Source: Nitrosopumilus sp. (GTDB taxonomy: Archaea; Thermoproteota; Nitrososphaeria; Nitrososphaerales; Nitrosopumilaceae). Taken from it: DNA of 32,000 nt. The translations under genes were made by a program, and so were the position numbers. This document shows positions 23,336-32,000 of this stretch, one piece after another. The stretch spans positions 1,527,664 to 1,559,663 of the forward strand of contig OZ242041.1 of assembly GCA_965205215.1 (NCBI GenBank), read 5' to 3'. The notes below the pieces were generated by a model, which was given only the letters and a program-made list of their open reading frames with translations, ran no database searches and was not told the origin of the DNA. The stretch's first letter is position 1. Every line of letters begins with the position of its first letter.

Positions 23336-23565
23336 TAGATCATGCGACGCCGGCCACGCTACTCGGTCCGGCTTGGGCTGCGACGCGAACGCCTCACATA
23401 CGCGCACGGCCGAGGGCGGAGTGGGGGAAGGGGAGCCGAATCGGCGTGGGGGCAAGGCAGGCACAAGGAGACTGCCCGTACCGCAGGCGCCCGCATTATG
23501 GGACGCATCATAGAGGGATGTACCAACAGGCAGTGACAGCGGCGCCAGGCCACACACGCACGCCC

Positions 23566-23808
23566 ATGAGATTAATAGCAGCGGTACCCACACAATGCGT
23601 GAAGAACTCCGCCGTGACCATGATAATCGGGATGATTATGTTCGTGGCCGGACTGGGTATGTTCTACTCAATCGAGATGGGCCAGTTCGAACCCGAGTAC
23701 AGGCTCGTAAAGAACACAGGAATCTTTGTTGGGCTGGCCGGAATAGGCGCCACGATGGCGGGCGTGTTGCTGACATTGTTCAACAGGAGCGAGCCGGTGG
23801 AGAGATGA
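23566..23808 (+). CDS. possible small 2-TM membrane protein (80 aa)
   Basis: 'VTMIIGMIMFVAGLGMFY' and 'GIFVGLAGIGATMAGVLLTLF'. No well-spaced TATA box, so the start and the gene's reality are uncertain. Confidence 0.4.
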   Translation: MRLIAAVPTQCVKNSAVTMIIGMIMFVAGLGMFYSIEMGQFEPEYRLVKNTGIFVGLAGIGATMAGVLLTLFNRSEPVER

Positions 23809-23987
23809 GCGTCGCGCGGCAGGCGCTACCCGCAGGTTTGGCGTCTTCATACTCGGGGCCCAAGCGTCGCATCTTCGGCGCCACAGCGCGCTAGCATCAT
23901 ATCCGCGCACGATCAGAGCAGCGCATGATCTGAGGGGGAAATTTCCATGCAGGGATGACGAATTCATTCCGCAGACATGGAACAATC

Positions 23988-23997
23988 CTTTAATATT
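23988..23997 (+). promoter_or_regulatory. TATA-like box for the DUF3179 gene
   Basis: Sequence ctttaatatt, 24-33 nt upstream of the TTG at 24021. Confidence 0.45.
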
Positions 23998-24020
23998 TTA
24001 CAGAATTTTTATAATCAGAT

Positions 24021-25160
24021 TTGAATCCTAAAACGGCCGCCGGTGCAGCCGGAGCTGCCGCAATAGTCCTGGGCGTAGTCATACTCTATGCATATGACGC
24101 GGACAGTCCGGCAGGGTCCGTAGCAGACAGTATGGCGCCCGGCCCTGAATCCGACGCGCTTCCGACCGACTACTCAAGCGTCGCCGTAACAAACGGCCAA
24201 AAGCATACGGTCCCGCTTGACAAGATAATCAGCGGCGGCCCGCCGCCGGACGGGATCCCTTCAATAGACGACCCGAGGTTCGCGCATGCAGAGGAGGCAG
24301 GATTCATGTCCGGCTCCGATGTCGTGATAGGGCTCGAGATCGGGGGGGAGGCAAAGGCGTATCCGCTCCGCATACTGGTATGGCACGAGATCGTAAACGA
24401 CGTGGTCGGGGGCGTCCCGGTCGCCGTAACGTACTGCCCGCTGTGCTATACGAGTCAGGTCTTTGAGAGAACGCTTGGAGACCGGGCAGTAGAGTTCGGA
24501 ACGTCTGGAAAGCTGTACAACAGCAACCTGGTGATGTACGACAGGGCAACCGGGACGTACTGGAGCCAGGCCCTGGGGGCCGCCATCAAGGGGGAACTTG
24601 CAGGGCAGAGGCTCGACACCGTACCGTTTGACGTAATCAGGTGGGACGACTGGAGGGAGATGCACCGGGATACCGTGGTGCTGACCACCGAGACCGGCCA
24701 TGTGCGGGCATACGACGTGGACCCCTACGGCGGATACTATACGGACTACAGCATAATATTCCCGGTGGACAATACGGGAGCGTCGTCAGGCGTCATGCAC
24801 CCGAAGGAGGTCATACTGGGATTTGAGAACGGCGGGTCATACAAGGCGTACAAGCAGGGTGACGCGGAGGACTCGGGGGCAATAAACGACGTGGTCGGCG
24901 GCCTGCCCGTCTTGATCGTATCCGAGTTCGAGGGAAGCGCTCGGGGGTTTGAGAGGCCGGTAGTGGACGGGCAGCTGCTGGAGTTCGAGTACGAGGGCCC
25001 CACACTGACAGACGCGCAGACGGGATCCTCGTGGGACTATGGCGGCCTGGCAGTGTCAGGCCCTCTTGAGGGGCGCAGCATGGAGCGCCTTGCACTCAGC
25101 CCCGGATTCTGGTTTGAGTGGGTCGCATTCCATCCGGATACGGAGGTGTACGAGCCATAA
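24021..25160 (+). CDS. DUF3179 domain protein, N-terminally membrane-anchored/secreted
   Basis: 'ISGGPPPDGIPSIDDPRF', 'WHEIVNDVVGGVPVAVTYCPLCYT', 'FGTSGKLYNSNLVMYDRATGTYWSQ' and 'W..W' match the recalled DUF3179 signature. TTG start. N-terminal hydrophobic 'AAGAAGAAAIVLGVVILYAY'. Confidence 0.85.
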   Translation: MNPKTAAGAAGAAAIVLGVVILYAYDADSPAGSVADSMAPGPESDALPTDYSSVAVTNGQKHTVPLDKIISGGPPPDGIPSIDDPRFAHAEEAGFMSGSDVVIGLEIGGEAKAYPLRILVWHEIVNDVVGGVPVAVTYCPLCYTSQVFERTLGDRAVEFGTSGKLYNSNLVMYDRATGTYWSQALGAAIKGELAGQRLDTVPFDVIRWDDWREMHRDTVVLTTETGHVRAYDVDPYGGYYTDYSIIFPVDNTGASSGVMHPKEVILGFENGGSYKAYKQGDAEDSGAINDVVGGLPVLIVSEFEGSARGFERPVVDGQLLEFEYEGPTLTDAQTGSSWDYGGLAVSGPLEGRSMERLALSPGFWFEWVAFHPDTEVYEP

Positions 25161-25690
25161 CCACGCCTTCAGTTCCTGTAAGGCCTGTCCTGTTCGGAGG
25201 GCTGGCCGTCCTGGCGTACGCGGTCGTGGTGGTTGCAACAACCCCGTCGCTTCCTGCAGAGTCCGCCCTGTACGTGACCCTGGTGACAAACCCGGCCATA
25301 ATAGTCGGGATAGGAGTAGGGACCGGACTCCAAGCGCATCTTGCAGAGAAGAGGCGGAGGCTCGCAGGATGCAGGGTCGCGCCAGGCCCCGGAAGAGGCG
25401 AAGTGGAGGCAGGCGCCGGGGATCAAGGCAGGGGGACGGGAGGAGTGGCAGCGTCGTCTGCGGCGGCCTCGTTCTTTTCGTTCTTTGCGCTGGTGCCGCT
25501 TGGGTGCTGCGGATGGTGGCTCTACGTCCTGTCGCTGCTGCCAAGCGTGCTTGGAGCGGGGGTCTCGGGCGCGCTCATAGAGAACAGCCAGATCCTGGCA
25601 TATGCAGGGCTGGCGGTGGTTTTTGGATTAAACGGGCTGACGGCCTACAAGGTGCGGCGCATGTCGCGCGCGATAGGTCTGCGGAACTAG
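25118..25690 (+). CDS. 4-TM membrane protein with 'LGCCGWW' motif
   Basis: The GTG at 25118 is the only canonical start in frame, giving a 43-nt overlap with the DUF3179 gene. TM segments: 'VLFGGLAVLAYAVVVVA', 'NPAIIVGIGVGTGL', 'FFSFFALVPLGCCGWWLYVLSLL' and 'ILAYAGLAVVFGL'. There is an R/G-rich cytoplasmic loop. Confidence 0.6.
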   Translation: MGRIPSGYGGVRAITTPSVPVRPVLFGGLAVLAYAVVVVATTPSLPAESALYVTLVTNPAIIVGIGVGTGLQAHLAEKRRRLAGCRVAPGPGRGEVEAGAGDQGRGTGGVAASSAAASFFSFFALVPLGCCGWWLYVLSLLPSVLGAGVSGALIENSQILAYAGLAVVFGLNGLTAYKVRRMSRAIGLRN

Positions 25691-25866
25691 GCGAACGCAC
25701 CGGGCGCGGCGGGGATGCACGGGCGGTTGCGGCGACGCGGAGGGGCAACGGGGGCATGCCGCGAGTAATTACGTGCAGGCTCAGGCCCCCTGCCCGCGAG
25801 ATACGGGGGTGCGGAGCGGCAGGCACAAGTCCTTAATGGTTGGCGCATGCGCACCTGCCGCAACAA

Positions 25867-25876
25867 CCTATTAACG
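25867..25876 (+). promoter_or_regulatory. TATA-like box
   Basis: Sequence cctattaacg, 22-31 nt upstream of the ATG at 25898. Confidence 0.4.
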
Positions 25877-25897
25877 ACGCCGCGGCAGACTGGGCGC

Positions 25898-26386
25898 ATG
25901 GCGGACAGGATCTGGCTGGGCGGCATATACCTAAAAGAAGAGGGAGGATACAAGATCACACTAAAGTCACTAAACCATTACAAGAAGAGGCTAAGCACGC
26001 TGTCAGAAAGCCCGGAGCTAAAGGGCGCGGCCGGCATGTTCGCGTCGGTCCTGCAACAGCAAGCGGCCAAGACGATACCCGAGATTGACGCCGTATCGCG
26101 CAGGATACTCGAGTGTCTTGGCGGTAGCGGGAGCGGCGCAGAGAGCGGCGGCAGCGGCAAAGGAGGTCTCGGCGGCCTTGCCGACGACGTGCCGTTCATG
26201 AAAAAGGCGCTTGCGTGCTACAAATCCGACATAGCCAAAGCACAAGATACGGGATACGAGTATTTTGTAAAGATGATAGGAGACATGGAGGCCGCAGTGG
26301 GGGACAAGGACGAGATCGAGCGGGCGCTCCAGAACATAGGGGTGTTTGAAGGCGGCGGCCGACAGGCGGCAGGAACGGAAGAGTAA
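25898..26386 (+). CDS. hypothetical protein (162 aa) with internal G/S linker
   Basis: Starts 'MADRIWLGGIYLKEEGGYKITLKSL'. Two folded-looking halves are joined by 'GGSGSGAESGGSGKGGLGG'. No family recognised. Confidence 0.6.
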   Translation: MADRIWLGGIYLKEEGGYKITLKSLNHYKKRLSTLSESPELKGAAGMFASVLQQQAAKTIPEIDAVSRRILECLGGSGSGAESGGSGKGGLGGLADDVPFMKKALACYKSDIAKAQDTGYEYFVKMIGDMEAAVGDKDEIERALQNIGVFEGGGRQAAGTEE

Positions 26387-26652
26387 GCGGGCAGGACGGT
26401 CATGCGGCAGGCGCAGACTGCAGGATATCCGAGCGCCCGGACTCTGCCCGACAGGAAATGAAAAAACAACGCCCGCGCCGCCGCCACCATTGCAGGCGTC
26501 CTCCGGTCCCGTAGGATAGGACTAGCTCCCGCACGGCCCCGAGCGGTGCGAAGATCATTCGGAGCAGGGCGCGGGCAGCATCTGACTGCGCGACGGTTGC
26601 GGCCACAAGCATGCAGGAAAAGCGGTTTTGCCGCCCCACGGTGTGAAATGCG

Positions 26653-27006
26653 TTATTTCTGCAGCCCCTGCAGGTACCAGTCCACGTAGGGCCTTAGCGC
26701 GGCGCACTTTGCGCGGCGCGCCGACTCGTCAGTCTCACTCTTCAGCCCGTCCAGTTTTTTCTGCAGATAAGAGGCGACAGATTCGCTCCGAAGCAGCGGG
26801 ATCACCCCTTCAAGTACCGACAGAACGTCCCGGACAGGTGCGTTATCAAAATCCGCGGCCAAACTGCGGGCGCCATCCTCAAGATTCACGACACGGACGC
26901 CTAGCGGCCCCCTTTTATTTTCTGGCGCCGGGAGCATTTCGGGGCAAAGATACGCAAGGCGCGGGAGAGAGTCCGGGCGGGCTGCCGGGAGGGCGGCACC
27001 CGACAT
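26653..27006 (-). CDS. hypothetical protein (117 aa)
   Basis: Coding-like codon usage. The helical C-terminal half is 'VRDVLSVLEGVIPLLRSESVASYLQKKLDGLKSETDESARRAKCAALRPYVDWYLQGLQK'. The start is poorly supported because no well-spaced TATA box is present. Confidence 0.45.
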   Translation of the reverse strand: MSGAALPAARPDSLPRLAYLCPEMLPAPENKRGPLGVRVVNLEDGARSLAADFDNAPVRDVLSVLEGVIPLLRSESVASYLQKKLDGLKSETDESARRAKCAALRPYVDWYLQGLQK

Positions 27007-27122
27007 GGCGCACGCCGTTTTTGCGCAGTCGCGCTGCTTGCCGTGACGTCAGGGCCAGAAACAGCAAGTTTTCCCCCACAGACAGGACACGCATGCGGCA
27101 GTCGCGGCAACTCCTGCCGCGG

Positions 27123-27151
27123 CCGCTGCTGCTGCTGCTACTGACGCTGCA
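27123..27151. repeat. intergenic (CTG)n tract
   Basis: Sequence gccgctgctgctgctgctactgacgctgc, overlapping the 3' end (stop 27138-27140) of the 79-aa ORF and extending into the spacer before the 117-aa ORF. Confidence 0.8.
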
Positions 27152-27377
27152 CAGACGCGTCGCCGTCATCCCACAAGATGCGGTACTTGCCTGTGACGCG
27201 CATTATCGAGACCCTGCCGCCCTCCTTGAACACGAGCCGGTAGGGCTTGTGGGACGTGTCCTCCACGTCAAGCGTGACCCCTTCTGCGCGGGTCCTAAAC
27301 GACACCGGATCGCTTGCAACCTGCTCCCACTGTCCGGGGTCAAAGTCAATGTACAGCTTTGTGTACAGCAGTCCCAT
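27138..27377 (-). CDS. hypothetical small protein (79 aa, beta-rich)
   Basis: The ATG at 27377 has agttttttattc 21-32 nt upstream. Good coding character: 'MGLLYTKLYIDFDPGQWEQVASDPVSFRTRAEGVTLDVEDTSHKPYRLVFKEGGRVSIMRV'. Confidence 0.6.
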   Translation of the reverse strand: MGLLYTKLYIDFDPGQWEQVASDPVSFRTRAEGVTLDVEDTSHKPYRLVFKEGGRVSIMRVTGKYRILWDDGDASVQRQ

Positions 27378-27397
27378 GGGGGCCGCAACGTGCCCCC

Positions 27398-27409
27398 GAA
27401 TAAAAAACT
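27398..27409 (-). promoter_or_regulatory. TATA-like box (also a T6 run that could terminate CDC48 transcription)
   Basis: Minus strand reads agttttttattc. Confidence 0.45.
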
Positions 27410-27525
27410 AGGCGGGGCCGGCAGCAGGGCCAAAGCAGGATTGGACGTCTAATTTTTGGCTCCAGATACAACACGTCTCAAGGGTGCCTGCGCGAATAGA
27501 TGCGCAAGAGGACATTATGACGGGG

Positions 27526-29667
27526 TTATTTTGCAGGCCGTGCCGCGAGCACCCTTTTTTTGTCAGGCCTGATCTTGCCTGCCGCCTCGACCAAGTCCTT
27601 CTGGGTGATCTTGATCTCCTCGAGGCCCCCATGCTTGCCGCTGACGTACCTCTTCAATGCGGCAGTTGCCGCAGCGTTGGCCACTGCCGCAATCTCTGCG
27701 CCGCTAAAGCCGTCCGTCAGTTCCACCAGCTCCGGCATGCTGACGTCGCCTGCAAGCGGTCTCTTTTTTGTGTGGATCTTGAGGATCTGCTCCCTTCCCT
27801 TGGGATCTGGATGAGGCACCTCTATGACGCGATCAAACCTTCCGGGCCTCAGCAGGGCCTCGTCTACGATGTCCAGCCTGTTCGTGGCGCCGATTATCAG
27901 CACGTCGTGCAGCTCCTCAAGCCCGTCAATCTCAGTCAGGATCTGGGACACCACGCTCTCGGTTACATGCGAGTCGGAGCCGGAACTGCCCCGCCGCGGG
28001 ACCAGCGCGTCCACCTCATCAAGGAATATTATGCACGGGGCGGCCTGCCGGGCTTTTCTGAATATCTCCCTTACGCCCTTTTCAGACTCACCTACCCACT
28101 TTGAGAGCAGTTCCGGCCCCTTGATGCTGATAAAGTTGGAGTCAGTCGTCTTTGCCAGCGCCTTGGCAATCAGGGTCTTGCCGGTCCCCGGGGGGCCGTG
28201 CAGGAGGATCCCCTTTGGCGCCTCGACACCCGCGTAGTCGTAGGCCTCCCTGTGCTTGACCGGCCACTCCACGGCCTGGCGCAGCTCCTCCTTGAGATCC
28301 CCGAGGCCCCCCACGTCGTCCCACTCCACGTCAGGGACCTGGACCTGGACCTCGCGCAGCGCGCTTGGCCTTACCTCCTTTAGCGCGCTCCCAAAGTCCT
28401 CCTCGGTGATCTGGATCTTTTGCAGCAGTGCCGGGGGGATCTTTTCCTGGTCAAGGTCAATCTCGGGCAGGACCCTCCGCAGGGACCTCATTGCGGCCTC
28501 CTTTGAGAGGACCTCGAGGTCCGCCCCGACAAAGCCGTGCGTGATCTTTGAGATCCTCTTCAAGTCCACCTTCTCGTCTATCGGCATTCCGCGCGTGTGG
28601 ATTGAGAGGATCTCAAGCCGCCCGTCGTCGTCGGGAATTCCGATCTCGATCTCCCTGTCAAGCCGCCCGGGCCTCCTCAGGGCCGGATCAATCGAGTCGG
28701 GCCTGTTCGTGGCTGCGATGACCACCACCTTGCCCCTGCTCTCCATCCCGTCCATCAGGGTCAGGAGCTGGGAGACGATCCTTTTTTCCACCTCCCCCGA
28801 CACCTCGTCGCGCTTTGGCGCAATGGAGTCGATCTCGTCAATGAATACTATGCTCGGCGAGTTCTCTTCTGCCTGCTTGAATATCTCCCGGATCCTCTCC
28901 TCGCTCTCCCCGTAGTACTTGCCCATGATTTCGGGCCCGCTCAACGAGATGAAGTGGGCGTTGGTCTCCCCTGCCACCGCCTTTGCCAGCAGCGTCTTGC
29001 CGGTCCCGGGCGGGCCGTACAGGAGAACGCCCTTCGGGGCCTCTACGCCTATCTTCTCAAACAGTTCGGGGTGTCTCATCGGCAGCTCGACCATCTCGCG
29101 GATCTTCTGAACCTCGCCCCTGAGCCCGCCCAGCTCGTCGTAGGTAATCCTGGAGACCGTGGCGTCCACCGCCTTGGTCATGGAACCCAGCCTGAAAGAG
29201 GTGCCCTCCGTGACGATCACGGGTTTTGCAGGCTTTGTGCTCGTGACGACAAACTGGACCCTCCCGCCCAGCTGCGTGCCAAGGGTGATAGTGTCGCCGG
29301 TCGTAAAGACGTGGTTGAGGTAGTTGTATGTCATGTAGTCTTCCAGCCCCTCCGCGCGGACCTTTTCAGTCGGCGACAATACGATCTGCTCGGCGTCCGC
29401 GGCCTCCACGGGCCTTATCGAGATCCTGTCCCCTATTCCGGCCCCGATGTTCTGCCTGGTAACCCCGTCAATTCTGATCAGCCCGGCCCCGTACTCTTCG
29501 GGGGGGCCCGGCCACAGCCTCACGTGGGTCTTCTTGTTGTAGGACAGTTCCAGGATCTGCCCGGTACCCCAGTCTGTGTCCTCGAGTACCTTGGGATCGA
29601 CGATTGCCTTGCCCCCGCCGACATACTGCTGCGGGATTTCGTCGACCTTCAGGACGATCTCGTTCAT
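27526..29667 (-). CDS. cdc48: CDC48/VAT-type AAA+ ATPase (N domain + D1 + D2)
   Basis: Two Walker A motifs 'GPPGTGKT', two Walker B motifs 'IVFIDEIDS' and 'IIFLDEVDA', SRH regions, and N-terminus '[25 protein letters not shown]'. The ATG at 29667 was verified. The ORF is open to 29763. Confidence 0.95.
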   Translation of the reverse strand: MNEIVLKVDEIPQQYVGGGKAIVDPKVLEDTDWGTGQILELSYNKKTHVRLWPGPPEEYGAGLIRIDGVTRQNIGAGIGDRISIRPVEAADAEQIVLSPTEKVRAEGLEDYMTYNYLNHVFTTGDTITLGTQLGGRVQFVVTSTKPAKPVIVTEGTSFRLGSMTKAVDATVSRITYDELGGLRGEVQKIREMVELPMRHPELFEKIGVEAPKGVLLYGPPGTGKTLLAKAVAGETNAHFISLSGPEIMGKYYGESEERIREIFKQAEENSPSIVFIDEIDSIAPKRDEVSGEVEKRIVSQLLTLMDGMESRGKVVVIAATNRPDSIDPALRRPGRLDREIEIGIPDDDGRLEILSIHTRGMPIDEKVDLKRISKITHGFVGADLEVLSKEAAMRSLRRVLPEIDLDQEKIPPALLQKIQITEEDFGSALKEVRPSALREVQVQVPDVEWDDVGGLGDLKEELRQAVEWPVKHREAYDYAGVEAPKGILLHGPPGTGKTLIAKALAKTTDSNFISIKGPELLSKWVGESEKGVREIFRKARQAAPCIIFLDEVDALVPRRGSSGSDSHVTESVVSQILTEIDGLEELHDVLIIGATNRLDIVDEALLRPGRFDRVIEVPHPDPKGREQILKIHTKKRPLAGDVSMPELVELTDGFSGAEIAAVANAAATAALKRYVSGKHGGLEEIKITQKDLVEAAGKIRPDKKRVLAARPAK

Positions 29668-29812
29668 GGTATCCCCCCAATAGTTTTGGGCGGTCCAGCT
29701 TCTGCCGTCCCGAGGATGCCGTTCTTGCAGGAAGATCCTGCAAAGATTCCGCCGGGCGCGCATCTGAAGATTCCCTCAAACCCATAATCTAGGAACGTTG
29801 TCATATTTCTCA

Positions 29813-29840
29813 ATATTATGTAATATACATGACATAATAT
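29813..29840. promoter_or_regulatory. AT-rich inverted repeat ATATTATG-N12-CATAATAT
   Basis: Arms at 29813-29820 and 29833-29840, read directly. The repeat is embedded in the only strongly AT-rich block (~29786-29850) of the EF-2/CDC48 spacer. Confidence 0.5.
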
Positions 29841-30000
29841 AAGTATTATTACAGACGGCGGCGTGGAGGGGTCTAAGGACAGGTCACTTTCCGCCCTTTC
29901 ACATCCTCCGGGCCCCACGTGCGCAAGGCTTGCTTATGCCTGAATAAAACAGAGGGCACTGATTTCGAGCGGATCCTATGCGTAGCAGCGACAGGGGCGG

Positions 30001-32000
30001 TTATTCCTTGTCGATGAACTCGTCGGCCCTGGGCGGTTCCGGCGAGAGTCCCTTGCGCTTTCTAATCTCCGATATGGTGCTGGCAAGCATGGACTTTGGC
30101 ACCTCGCTCCATTCCTTGAACGACGTGTTCCACGTGGCCCTGCCGGCAGTCTGCCCCCTCATCTCCTCGGACAGTGTAAACGTCTCGGAGGCGGGTATCT
30201 CGCCGGTCACTATGCTTGACGCGCCCATCTGCGACATGTCGAGCACCTTGCCGCGCTTGCCGGACAGGACGGTCGCGACGTTCCCGACCAAGTCGGTCGG
30301 GACGCGCACCTCTATTGCAAGCATCGGCTCCAGTATGGCGGTGCCGGCAGTCAGCAGGGCTCCCATGCACGCGCGCCGCGACGCGGGCCCCAGCTGCGAG
30401 AGCCCGCGGTGCGCCGTATCCTCGTGCGGCACAAAGTGCGTAAACGTGAACTTGCAGTCGCGCATCTGCTCCCTGCACAGAGGCCCCTCCTTCATCACCT
30501 CGTCAAACCCGGAGTTTATGGAGTCAGTCGACTCCTGGACGAACTGCACGCCCTTGGTGCCGTTTATCAGCACGTTTCCGCGCGAGTCGAGCCTCATCAC
30601 CCTCTTTATGGTGTCCGTGTCCCAGCCGGCCCCCTTTAGCAGGTCAGATACTGTCTTCTTGTCCTTCATCTCGCTGATCTCGCCCGTGCGGAGCATCTCG
30701 GCAATCTCGGGCTCCAGCGGCTCGACCCTCATGAAGATCTTGTTGTGCCGGTTGGGGGACTTTGCCATGACGGCCTCGCAGGACGAGCGCACGGTCTCTC
30801 GGTAGTTTATCAGCGGCTCGGACGTGACGATCTCGAGCTTTGCGTCCTGTATGCGGTGCGTCGCGACGTCGAGGTGCAGCACCCCCATCCCCGCGACTAT
30901 GGTCTCGCCGCTCTCCTCGTCTATCTTCACCACGAGGTTCGGATCCTCTATGGTAAGCTGCTTTAGTATGTCGACCAGCTTTGGCAGGTCCTTTGGGTGC
31001 TTTGGCTCTATCGCCACCTGGACGACGGGTTCGGAGACGTACTTTACCCCCTCAAACACGGGCATCTCCTTGACCGCGGACACGGTGTTCCCGGCCCTGG
31101 CCTCCGTGAGCCCGAGCAGCGCGGGTATGTTCCCGGCACCCAGCTCGCCGACCTGCTCGCGCTGGTTTCCCATGAAGAAGTTGACAGACTGGATACGCCC
31201 CTCGCGCTTTTCGTCTATTATGTGGATGGTCTGGCCGTCCCTGACGGTACCGGAGAACAGCCTGCCGATGGCGACCGGTCCGGCGGCCGGGTCGAGCACC
31301 ATGTTTACGACCATCATTATTGTGGGCCCGTCGTCGCTGCACGCCAGCAGCGCCTTGCCGACGTCCGAGTCGAGCTCGCCCTTCCATATCTGGGGTATCC
31401 TGTACTTTACTGCCTCGTGCGGCGGGGGGTGGTGCTTTACCACCATGCCGAGTACTGCGTCGGCAAGGGGGGCCTTCTCCACCAGTTCCGGCACCTTCTC
31501 GCCCTCGTAGGCGTCGATGACGTCCTTGAAGGTGATTCCGCGCTCCTTCATCATGTCTATGTTGATGGCCCACCTGTCCTTTGCGGAGCCGAACGTGACG
31601 CTTGCATCCTGTATGGAGACCTTCCACTTCTCCTTGTACTCGGGCTCCGCGTACGTGTCTATAAGCCGGTTAAAGTTGGACACCACGTCTGCGAGCTGCT
31701 GCTGCATCTTCTCGGGGGTGAGTCGGAGCTCCTTTATCAGGCGGTCCACCTTGTTTATGAACAGGACGGGGCGCACCCGCTCCTCGAGGGCCATGCGCGT
31801 GACCGTCTCAGTCTGCGTCATTATGCCCTCGACCGCGTCGCATACAACCACCGCGCCGTCTATGGCGCGCAGGCTCCTGATCACCCTGCCGCTAAAGTCC
31901 ACGTGCCCGGGGGTGTCTATCATGTTTATCACGTACTCCTTGCCGGCCTGCGAAAAGTGCAGCGTGACGTTTGCCTGGTATATGGTGATTCCCCTCTGCT
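30001..32000 (-). CDS. fusA: translation elongation factor 2 (aEF-2), N-terminus beyond window edge
   Basis: 'NMIDTPGHVDFSG' (G3), 'HEDTAHRG' (diphthamide His) and 'RATWNTSFKEWSEVP'. The frame stays open to position 32000 ('...QRGITIYQANVTLHFSQAGKEYVINMIDTPGH'). Stop TAA at 30001-30003. Confidence 0.95.
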   Translation of the reverse strand, partial: QRGITIYQANVTLHFSQAGKEYVINMIDTPGHVDFSGRVIRSLRAIDGAVVVCDAVEGIMTQTETVTRMALEERVRPVLFINKVDRLIKELRLTPEKMQQQLADVVSNFNRLIDTYAEPEYKEKWKVSIQDASVTFGSAKDRWAINIDMMKERGITFKDVIDAYEGEKVPELVEKAPLADAVLGMVVKHHPPPHEAVKYRIPQIWKGELDSDVGKALLACSDDGPTIMMVVNMVLDPAAGPVAIGRLFSGTVRDGQTIHIIDEKREGRIQSVNFFMGNQREQVGELGAGNIPALLGLTEARAGNTVSAVKEMPVFEGVKYVSEPVVQVAIEPKHPKDLPKLVDILKQLTIEDPNLVVKIDEESGETIVAGMGVLHLDVATHRIQDAKLEIVTSEPLINYRETVRSSCEAVMAKSPNRHNKIFMRVEPLEPEIAEMLRTGEISEMKDKKTVSDLLKGAGWDTDTIKRVMRLDSRGNVLINGTKGVQFVQESTDSINSGFDEVMKEGPLCREQMRDCKFTFTHFVPHEDTAHRGLSQLGPASRRACMGALLTAGTAILEPMLAIEVRVPTDLVGNVATVLSGKRGKVLDMSQMGASSIVTGEIPASETFTLSEEMRGQTAGRATWNTSFKEWSEVPKSMLASTISEIRKRKGLSPEPPRADEFIDKE

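Noticed and set aside
29668-29763. 32-aa N-terminal extension of CDC48, and analogous extensions of ilvE (to 4458), purK (to 13265), ilvA (to 15318), LLM (to 10023), trkH (to 21958) and the Cache/SBP gene (to 3359)
   Set aside because: The extensions are compositionally odd and precede canonical family N-termini. Internal starts have properly spaced TATA boxes. The CDC48 case is kept as an open question in the findings.

Overview
GC-rich (~58-60%) archaeal chromosome segment. Archaeal markers include aEF-2 with the diphthamide 'HEDTAHRG' site, a CDC48/VAT double AAA+ ATPase and a thiolase/DUF35 pair. Most start codons have an AT-rich TATA-like box 22-32 nt upstream, implying leaderless mRNAs. 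Gene content and style suggest a high-GC ammonia-oxidising thaumarchaeon (Cenarchaeum-like), but this is inference only. About 30 CDSs are supported, mostly housekeeping: ilvE, a short LeuA/homocitrate-synthase-family enzyme, divergent purK/purE, threonine dehydratase, a sugar-phosphate nucleotidyltransferase, CBS-TrkH, CDC48 and EF-2. No rRNA, tRNA, CRISPR array, transposase or integrase was recognised. Items worth follow-up: (1) an F420/LLM-type oxidoreductase, thiolase and DUF35 trio joined by two ATGA start/stop overlaps, with no HMG-CoA synthase at this locus; (2) a secreted 870-aa protein with four tandem sCache_2-like modules plus an SBP_bac_3 domain and no output domain; (3) two low-GC islets, one carrying a class II Fic protein next to a frame-broken gene remnant, the other an orphan DUF5615/PIN-like gene; (4) a DUF3179 protein (CPLC motif) overlapping a 4-TM 'GCCGWW' membrane protein; (5) Gly/Asp/Ser low-complexity insertions inside otherwise conserved enzymes; (6) recurrent intergenic (CAG/CAA)n tracts, a C11/C7/(TCCC)n G-quadruplex-capable tract, a 13-bp tandem repeat and palindrome clusters. 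All family assignments come from motif recognition by eye. No database search was run.
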